Assembly: GCA_000165425.1 (NCBI GenBank)
Contig: CT868263.1
Coordinates: forward strand, 248,001 to 312,000
DNA length: 64,000 nucleotides
Origin: Paramecium tetraurelia
Lineage: Eukaryota
Direction: 5' to 3'
The notes under the pieces were generated by a model that did not search any database, was not told the DNA's origin, and saw only the letters and a list, made by a program, of their open reading frames with translations. Each line of letters opens with the position of its first letter. Position 1 is the stretch's first letter. This document shows, in pieces, positions 54,897 to 64,000 of this stretch. The position numbers were made by a program, and so were the translations under genes.

Positions 54897-56873
54897 TCAT
54901 TAACCTTTTTTCTTTTTGGGAGGGAGTAAAGGAATCTTTTTTAATTTCTTAGTTTATGACCCTAGTTCTAAAAATGAATATATATAAAAACATTACATTA
55001 ATCATTATTTTAAAGTTGAATTTATTATTATTGAGGCATAGCTTATTCTTTTGGATCATCATTAGAATAATCAGATCCTTCATCACCTGAATTATTTTTG
55101 TCGTCCTTTTGTTAGTTTTTAAGACTATTTTACTCAATTTCTTCCATAACTTATTTAACTTTTATCTATTCTGGTTCATAACAATCTATAATTGATAAAC
55201 AAAAAGATTGTGCAATTTCTTTGTAAATATCTAGGTTGAAATGAAAATATTCATATTTGCCAAAGTCAGCTCCACAGAATGACATCTCCAAAGTATAGCA
55301 ATTTATAATAGAAAGCTCTCTCCACAAGGCAATCTTAATATTAAATATTATAATTACTCTGGCAGAACCTTCCCTATCCTTTTAAAGTAAAAAGCAACAG
55401 TCCTTGAACGAGAAAACGCTACAATTATTTCGATTGAGCATTGGGAATACTAATTCTTTTCTATTAGGATCCTTGCCTTAACATCCATACATAAAGATGT
55501 TCTTCTTTCTTGAATGTCCATGTATGTCACAAAAGAGTACTAAGTCTCTTTCTTCTTTAGTCTTTTTAACTAATTATTTGGTGTGATAAATTGTAGGGTG
55601 TTACTTTTTATTTGGGTCAATCCATTGTCGATTTAAATCAACCCCTGCTAAGTTACATCTATAATTTCCATTCACAACTCCATCAATATTAAGCATTGGA
55701 ACTATTTTGAATATAAAATTTTCCCTTAAGATTCTTGCTTCATGAGTGTTACCTGTTAAAAAATCAATCATGTATTCCATAACATAACTGGCCATAGTTT
55801 CACCTGGATGCACTCTGGAAGTAATGACAATTCCTTTCTTCTCTTTTCCATTATTGAAATCCCCAATGATTAAGAAATCACACATGTTCCCAGCAATAGT
55901 TTAACATAGTTATTTTCTTTTCACTCTATTTTTTTTAGCAGGGTCAGATTCCAACTGTTTTAGATATCTGCACAAATGAGTGAATGTGTAAGGATAACAA
56001 TGAGCAATGTAGATGCAATCAAAGTCATATTAAAATTTAACTGCAAATGTCAAAGTGTAATAGAATCCTCCATTCTTTCTCTTCATATTGTTTTGATAGT
56101 AACAAATTTCATGGCCATCTCTAAACCATCCTATCTCTTTAATAAATTTAAAATTTATTATTACTTTTTTATTTTGCACCCTGTTCTGAATACATTAACG
56201 GTTTCATTCCAGAATTATATAATGAATCGGGCTTCATCATATTAATAATATTGAATCTATACTCCACATCCTTTCTTGTATTTGAGAGAGAAAAATAGAA
56301 CCATTATGTGTTCATTGTAGTGTAATAGTCAGGCTTAAGGATGAGGTTATACTCATAGTCGCAACTTTAATAATTTTGAATTGATAAGTTACATTTATAT
56401 GGCTCTTCGGAGATTCCCACTTTCAAATCTACTTTCAAAAACCAATGTAGAATCCTCTTTAGATTACGGCATATAATATGGTAAGACTTCCAAACCATAT
56501 GTTGCTGGATCAACGTCCTATGGAAATCATGAGAATGATACCTTCGTAAAAGGACTAGGATCAGCGCAGTCAAATACTACTTTATTCAGCAATGTGTCTG
56601 CAAAACAGATTCTTTCAATTTCTCTTCTTAAACTCTCTTCCAGAATAGTTTATTTTGGGATATACATAGGTTCGTATGGTTCATTATGATTTATGAATTC
56701 GGGCGAATTAGGTAATAATACAAAATCAGTTCCCCTTCTATAAATATAAATAAATACGTTCGAGTGAGATATTCTGGGTCCATTTTCTTGATTTCATTCT
56801 TTTATTCCTCCGTTTTATAATACAAAGACTTGTTAATCCCGTAAAAAAATTCATCTGTATTAAAATCCATCAT
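54897..56873 (-). CDS. Cytosolic carboxypeptidase (CCP/Nna1/AGBL, M14D; tubulin deglutamylase family)
   Basis: [70 protein letters not shown]. Confidence 0.95.
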
Positions 56874-57418
56874 AATTTGAATTATATATAATACTAATAA
56901 TATTTATAATCCATTTATTATATTGATGATATACCAATGCCCAATAAATTAATGAATATTCATAAAAGGTTTTAGATTGAATGAATGCGCTTATAATTAC
57001 TTATTTTAATTTATTAAGTAAGTTATTGAAATAGATTCTATAAACCATTATTTATAATAGTTAAAGTAAAGTATCACAACTATCACATACAATCTAACTT
57101 TAGTATATAGTGAGTGCTTAAGCCTAATTATATGCATGAAGTAAAACTGAAATAATGAAATATTGTAATTATAATTGATAAGATTATTACTTATATAATA
57201 TTCAACTAAAAATAAGATGGATAAATAAAATACTGCAGGTTTCTTTGAGCCAACACATTAAAAAGAATCTAACTAATTAAATATTGTTTTTATATCATAT
57301 TAAAAATATTTATGTTAGTCTACCTTATTTAATTCAATAATAAATTTATCATTGGTTAATAGTTGATATTATAAATAGTCTTTTATTTACAGAATTATCA
57401 TAAGTGCGATAAATAAAT

Positions 57419-57899
57419 AATTATATAATAATATTGGTTTTTGTTAATAAGGATATAGAGAATGAAGAAAGATATAGAGGAAAATGTGTAGAAATAATGA
57501 GATTACATTTTATTTTGATATTCATTAATATATAGAATGGGTAATTATGAATATTAGAAATTAGATAATTGAAATATAAAAATATAAAAATGAATGTGTT
57601 TATATATTAAATTAAAGAAGAATAATGATAGATCTTATAAATAATTAGAAGTCATAAATAAAACAAGTTAGATGCTTTGGCCGAGTGGTTAAGGCGGCGG
57701 CCTGCTAAGCCGTTGGGATTTCCCGCGTGAGTTCGAGTCTCACAGGCATCGATTTTTTTATTTTTATTATTATTACTCATACTTTTACTTATATCAATCT
57801 CTTCATATTACACATTCCTCTTATTCCATTTATTTCTAATTTATTCTTTATTATATATATCATTTATTTTTTATATTCTATTTCTATTATTAATATATT
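57419..57899 (+). repeat. Copy B of ~480 bp inverted duplication containing tRNA-Ser
   Basis: Near-identical to the reverse complement of 38403..38882. Confidence 0.95.
57671..57751 (+). tRNA. trnS-GCT: tRNA-Ser (GCT)
   Basis: Identical to the reverse complement of 38552..38632; full cloverleaf with long variable arm; T7 run follows. Confidence 0.97.
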
Positions 57900-58417
57900 C
57901 AAACCATACATTTTAACGTCTCCATTTCTAGTAGTATATCGATATATTATCACATTAAATTAAGTTCATATAAAAATGGATATATATTAAAATATGATCA
58001 AATTCTTTATAAAGTTCTAAGTTTGCTTTATCACTTCTAAATTAATTAGAACGAAGTAAGAACATTTTGGAAAGAACTAAAAATTTATAAGAAAGAAGCA
58101 AGAATTTATTATTGTTCTTATAAAATAATCTTAAAACATTAAAATCTTTAAATTTTATATAGAAATTCTAAGATTCCAACTAATAATTCTTTAATGAAAA
58201 TAACATGGGAGCTTCCCATAAAATTATAATTGCTAAGTGATTTCAAGTAGAATCGTTTTTGAAACCATGAAGTTTTTCTCATTCAATATGTTAAATCATC
58301 TATTAGAATTAGAACCAATCATATTTCATGAATAAAATAATGAAAAGCAAATTTAAATTGTGATTTACCAATTTGAAAATTAATAAAAATATTTTTAATA
58401 AAAGAAACAAGCATCTA

Positions 58418-58666
58418 ATGGATTCAAATCAATCCTTTTTCAACTCAAATTCATCTTTTACTCCCTCTTCCCCTTAAAAAACTAGGTATTTATACATATT
58501 TTACAGAAGACCTCTTCCAAGTCCTTCCCTAGATAGTCTAGAAGATTTCAATTTAAACGACATCTAGTCTGAAGGGGAAAGCTCAAGGAAGTCTTCAGGT
58601 TAGAGGTTTGAGAAACCTGTTTTAGTAATTGAGTATTTGGTAGAAAAACTCAAAGACTATGAATGA
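58418..58666 (+). CDS. Small Ser/Pro-rich hypothetical protein (~75 aa)
   Basis: MDSNQSFFNSNSSFTPSSPQKTR|RPLPSPSLDSLEDFNLND...KLKDYE-TGA with one 21-nt intron. Confidence 0.6.
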
Positions 58667-60021
58667 ACTTTATTGGAATAAAAAAACTTCAGAAAAAACA
58701 AAGAAAGAAAAACAAAATAATCACTAATATGTATTAATAATTTTTTTTTCTTTCATTCTCATAATAAATTAATGAGTTGAAGTTCCTTTTCTACTAAATT
58801 GAACTGGAATCTTCAGTCTAAAAATAAATATAAAAATAATGGTAATCGTAATTATATTAATTCAATTTTTTATGTTTTACACTTAATTTTACACTTGCCC
58901 AAGAGCTCACAGTATACCTAAACGAAAATATGATCAAATATTTAATGGTTGTGGCTGAATTTCAGCCAAATAGAATGATAATAAAATATTTATATATAAA
59001 TATTTAATTCTCAATTATTCGTTATAATTGATTTTTTAATGATACAAGCATTTCAAGCAAATAATAGCTAAATTTAAAGATATATTGGTTGTTGATAATT
59101 ACTTATTGATTGATTGATCACAAATTTCATGCTCTAGAAGTGCGGCTTAAACTTATCCTACTTTTTCTTCTTATATTAATTAAAGAGACCGATTTGCTAA
59201 GTAAAAACGATTAATAGATAGAAAATTGTAAACAGGTTTTCTTTATTGAAAATATTCCAAGAACTAATTTAAGAAATTATGAATTTAGTTTTAAAATAAT
59301 TTTAACATTAATAAATTTTTATTTTTTCGATATATTTAAATGCAATATGTCTAGGACAACAATTTTGTAAATTAGTTTTTCGTGCAAAATTTTGAATTAA
59401 AGAAGATTAAATAATCCTAGAAGAAGTCAGGAATAGTGAGAAAAGTTTTAACTAGAAATAATCATTTTTTATTATATTTTAAAATAAATGAATTAATAAT
59501 GAATAAATTGATTAATCATAACATTTGAATGCAGATATTATGTTCAATATTTCATATTTTATAATTCAATAGTAATGCTGTGAATATTTTTATCAAAAAT
59601 GATATATTTTATTATTAAAAAGACTAGCTAAAAAATATTATTTAAAAATACATAAATAAATAGGAGTAGAATTGACTTATTATAGAATAATTATCCATTG
59701 TTTCTTCTCCTTATTATCATTTATTTTGCTTTCAAATTCATTATATATATGTTCATACGAAAGGAATAGATTATTTTACAAATATTCAAGCAAGATCTAT
59801 TTTATAATTGATATAATATTAGACCAAATATTATTTCTGTGTTTTTGTTTACCTTCAAAGAATGATAGAATACATTAATTGAGCATTAATTTCTCTAAAT
59901 TTTATTATGTTAATAACCTCATCATCTTGTATACCTAATAGATTGAAGGGATAGAGATTATATATTATAGATTTTGTTTATGAAATATAAATTCTCTTAA
60001 ATCTATAGATAATAAAATCAA

Positions 60022-60620
60022 ATGAAATTGATAATTCTATGCTTAATGATGGTTGGAGTTTTCTCATCCTTATCAGATCAAGTTATTACACATAAAGTGA
60101 AAATAGGAGTGAAAATTGATGGGTAGAATGCAGGTGAAATCTCATTAGGCCTCTTTGGGGAGGTTGTACCAAAAACTGTTGAGAACTTTAGAGCTTTGTG
60201 CACAGGGGAAAGAGGATTAGGTTATGCTGGATCTCCATTCCATAGAATAATTCCAAATTTCATGATATAAGGAGGCGATTTTGTAAATGGAAACGGAACA
60301 GGAGGAGCTTCAATTTATGGGAGCTCATTTAATGATGAAAATTTCAAATTAGAACATGAAATTGGTTGTATTTCAATGGCAAATGCTGGACCAAATACCA
60401 ATGGCAGTCAATTCTTTATTACTACAGCAGAAACTCATTGGGTAATTGATTAATTATTATATTCTCAAAGTTGGATGGAAAACATGTCGTTTTTGGGCGG
60501 GTTATTGAGAATATGGATTTGGTAAAGACAATCGAGTCCAAAGGATCACAAAGTGGGAAACCATAAGCCAATGTAGTTTTTGCTTCCTGCAGTGCTGAAG
60601 CTGTATAGAAACAATCATGA
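60022..60620 (+). CDS. Cyclophilin-type PPIase with signal peptide (cyclophilin B-like)
   Basis: [58 protein letters not shown]; hydrophobic N-terminus; one intron. Confidence 0.97.
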
Positions 60621-60690
60621 TCAGGATTAATATTATTATATATGTATTTCATATGGATTTATCTTTATATTTGTGCTTTATTAATAATAC

Positions 60691-61247
60691 TCATGATGTT
60701 TATGATAAAATCAAGGACACAATAAGCCCATACAATGCCAAAGCTTCTGCAAAAATCAAAATCAAAATCATTCCTACGAAAATTCTATCTTATTAGGCGT
60801 TTGCTCTGACTCCTGCATCACCAACAATACCAATTGATAATCCTGCAGCCTAAAATCTGTAAAATAAATATATCTTACTAAAGAGCTCAGTCCACAACAT
60901 AATCCAGCTGATAAATAAGCATATCCTTATTTTGAAGCTGATTGTGCTGTAATTGATGAAACTATTTATTATATTAATCATCAATACCTTTTCCTTACAA
61001 AATAACACCAACAATCATCCCATAGATTCCCAGAATACCAGCCATGACAACTGGAATAACAGACTTCATAATCAAATCTGGTTTTAAAACACCCATTGAG
61101 CAAATTCCGACACCAGATTTTGTAGCACCATATGAGGATCCCAAATCTACTATTAATTATTAAAATACTGGCAAAAACGACTGCAGATGCAACTCCAATA
61201 TATCCAAAGAAGTAGGCAGAAGGCTCAATAGTATCGTTCTCAGCCAT
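60691..61247 (-). CDS. VMA3: V-ATPase V0 proteolipid subunit c (16 kDa)
   Basis: [46 protein letters not shown] (conserved Glu); three tiny introns. Confidence 0.97.
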
Positions 61248-61927
61248 TTTTTAATATTTATTTTATTTAATGGAAATTAAAGATTTAATATGAACATAAA
61301 AATGCTAATTAATAACGAAAATAATTCTATATTATATTCCAGAATATTGATTCGTATTTTCTTATCTTTTGAAATAAAGTAAATTTACAAGTAAGGTAAC
61401 CATGTTAGCTTATAAATTTATCATTTAATTAGGTAATTGTATATGAAAATTATAATTAAATATTGAAATATGAAAATTTTCATAGATAATTTAAGAATAT
61501 GTAATAATTCTTATACAGATTTAATGGAAATAATTATCGATTATATAATACATTGAATTTACAAGATATATTTATGCTTAGACAATCGATTTATTGATTT
61601 GTCATTCTACAATTAATGATTATTTTATTTTCTGCTCTTAAGAGATTCTGATATATCTAATTCATGTTTTACAAGATTTCAAGAGAATATAAATATCCCA
61701 GAATATGTGTATTTAAAAGTAAACCTTAAAATAAGGCCTATGTGTTTGTAAATTATGCTTAATAAATGACTAAAAAAAGTTACGCTTTTGAAGAAATATG
61801 GCATTTTTCTCTTTTAATAGCTTAGATTGAAAGGATTATAACTATTTATTTAGTTAATGATTCTAAGAAAACTAAAAGTAAATATATCAAATCTAATATA
61901 TAAACATTAATATTATTATATTTAGTT

Positions 61928-62699
61928 ATGAGTGTTAAAGTACAATTGATACACTAACAATGGGATGATATTAGGAAAGTCTTAAGAGCCACTTAAAGAA
62001 AACTTACAAATACTAATAATCTGTCCCTTACTAATTGTGCACATTCAAATAAAAGCAATGATCAAGTGTAAAAAGAAGCAATTTTTTCTGATAATGAGCA
62101 GGAGTTTTATAATAGCAACCCTAATGCCCTATTATTATTAAAAGATACTTGTCGAAGTGTATTAATTCGATTAATTTTTAGACACAAGGCGAAAGTTTTA
62201 TTTGAGCTAAAAAAGAAGAGAACTGTCTTCTTAAAATGATTAAGAGTTTTATAGTTAACTACAGAGCAGAAGGGAACAAGCAAAAAAACATAGAATTCTT
62301 TATAGCAATATTACAAATTTTGAGAAAGCAATAAAATAAATAACGACTCCGAAAGTAAGTTTAACAAGACCTTCTACAAGAGTCAGATAAAATAGTTAAG
62401 AGATCTAATTAAACAAAATAAAATTAAATTAAATAGATTCAAATAAAAATAATAAGGCAATTCCAAATGAAACTCAAAATTGCAATCTTAGTGGTGATAA
62501 AAAACAAATGAAGAAGAATTCTAACAATTTTTGGCATCGAATAAAAACTCCGTCTCTAGATAATAAAGATAATATCACTTAAATTTTAAAAAAAAGATTC
62601 AAAAAGAAAAATGATTTATCCCTAGATATCTGTTGTTTCAATTATGAATCGTTGAGGTTATTAAATTAAGCAAAGACACCTACTATGTATTATTAATGA
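61928..62699 (+). CDS. Hypothetical K/Q/N-rich protein
   Basis: Code-6 frame MSVKVQLIHQQWDDIRKVLR... with at least one intron; end approximate. Confidence 0.6.
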
Positions 62700-62723
62700 T
62701 TTTCTATAATTATTTAATTTTTA

Positions 62724-63155
62724 ATGAAATAAAGACCCTAATTAGCATGCGATGCTGTGTGTTTTAGAAAACTAGAAAATGACATCAAAAAAGTACTCTT
62801 AATAACAAGAGGACGTGAACCATTTTTGGGAAGATATGCATTTCCAGGAGGACATTTGGATTATGGTGAAGACCCAATTCAATGCTGTTTAAGAGAACTC
62901 AAGGAGGAAACTGGAATATTAGGATTAAGCGTTGATTTGATAGACGTAAAAGGATCTCCAGATCGAGATCCAAGAGGACATTATGTCTCTATTGTTTATA
63001 AGATTGAAGTTCCAGAAGATGCTGAGCCCTTAGCAGCAGATGATGCTAAGACAGCTCAATGGGTAAGTGTTGAAGAAATGCTCAAATTGGGTAAAGATGC
63101 ATTTGCATTTGATCATTATGAAGTGCTAGAATATGCTCATAAGAAATTCCCATGA
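62724..63155 (+). CDS. Nudix hydrolase, ADP-ribose pyrophosphatase-like
   Basis: Nudix box GGHLDYGEDPIQCCLRELKEETG plus RDPRGH, ADDA and AFDH motifs; true ATG at 62724 (MKQRPQLACDAV); intronless. Confidence 0.95.
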
Positions 63156-63182
63156 ATATTAATATATTATATAAGATATTAG

Positions 63183-64000
63183 TCAATTAACAGTGAAATG
63201 TTGATTAGAATCAAACTCTTTCTTGTCTGATCATAATTAAATAATTTATGATAAATTACATATACTTATTGTATCATGGAAATGGTTCGAATTTTGTTTA
63301 GGTTTTAATTGGCGAAAGTTATGGGGATCGATGAGAGAAAGTCTGCATTTTTTTAAAGCCTCTTCTAATCGCCTCTTTTTTCATATTATTGACTGGTTTT
63401 TATTATATATTCAGAAGTCTGGGACTCAATTACAAATATTTGTCTAAATTGGTATTTGTATTTATTTTGAGTCTAGGACTCAGTATTTTCTCATTTCCTC
63501 TGGGAGTTTTATTCATTATTAATGATAATTTGGTAGCCTTGCAATTTCTAAATACTTAATGATTCAGGGCTACTTTAGCTGAAGTTCTTTTAGAAGGATC
63601 CAATTCAAGCATAGATTATAACAAATTGAATGTTTTTTCGGATACATTCTACAATAGACTGTAATCCACTGAACCTTTGTAGTTTTGATATAAGCGTTCA
63701 TCAGCATCGGGTCCTTAGAAGGGAGACTTGCCTCCAGACAATAACATGAATAAGATGACTCCAACACTATAGATATCAATTTTGTAATCATAGATTTTGT
63801 CTTAAAGTACTTCAGGTGCCACAAACCCTGGAGTTCCACATCTTGTATAGATATATTTGCCATCACTTCTGTAGAAATCAGCCAATCCAAAATCAGTAAT
63901 TGCAATTTGCAGTGAGTTTTTGTCTTTCAACAATATGTTGGAAGGCTTCAAGTCTCTATGCATTATGCCTTAGGCATGCATAAACAATAATGCTTAGAGC
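63183..64000 (-). CDS. Ser/Thr protein kinase, CAMK-like (5' part outside the window)
   Basis: [32 protein letters not shown]; 3' end approximate. Confidence 0.9.

Noticed and set aside
57727..57963. 78-aa ORF in the supplied track
   Set aside because: Starts at a GTG inside the tRNA and runs through AT-rich flank; not a credible protein

Overview
Very AT-rich, gene-dense eukaryotic DNA that reads as a ciliate macronuclear chromosome segment, most likely Paramecium. TAA/TAG encode Gln, TGA is the only stop, and genes carry tiny (about 20-34 nt) GT..AG introns. The supplied ORF track treats TAA/TAG as stops and so shows only fragments; I re-read genes by hand with translation table 6 plus introns. 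About 40 protein genes are supported: six kinases (two PH-CAMK-like paralogs, AMPK/MARK-like, CDKL5-like, IRE/Rim15-like AGC, one partial), an SK-type K+ channel, a cAMP-receptor-like GPCR, RING-H2 and HECT E3 ligases, a Tubby protein, a cytosolic carboxypeptidase, MORN, CAP, TPR, LITAF, RanBP2-zinc-finger and ANTH-like proteins, TauE, SDHAF2, cyclophilin, V-ATPase c, Nudix, RPL29 and a 22-aa RPL41. Two identical tRNA-Ser(GCT) genes lie in a ~480 bp near-identical inverted duplication 19 kb apart. I saw no transposon, CRISPR array, telomere or clear IES. I found no large novel system. The best leads are the tRNA-bearing inverted duplication, a 5-nt tandem splice acceptor conserved between two diverged kinase paralogs, the tiny eL41 gene, a degenerate Arf-like GTPase and an acylated UBZ-HECT ligase. 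Family calls come from motif recognition only, and some intron and start positions are approximate.
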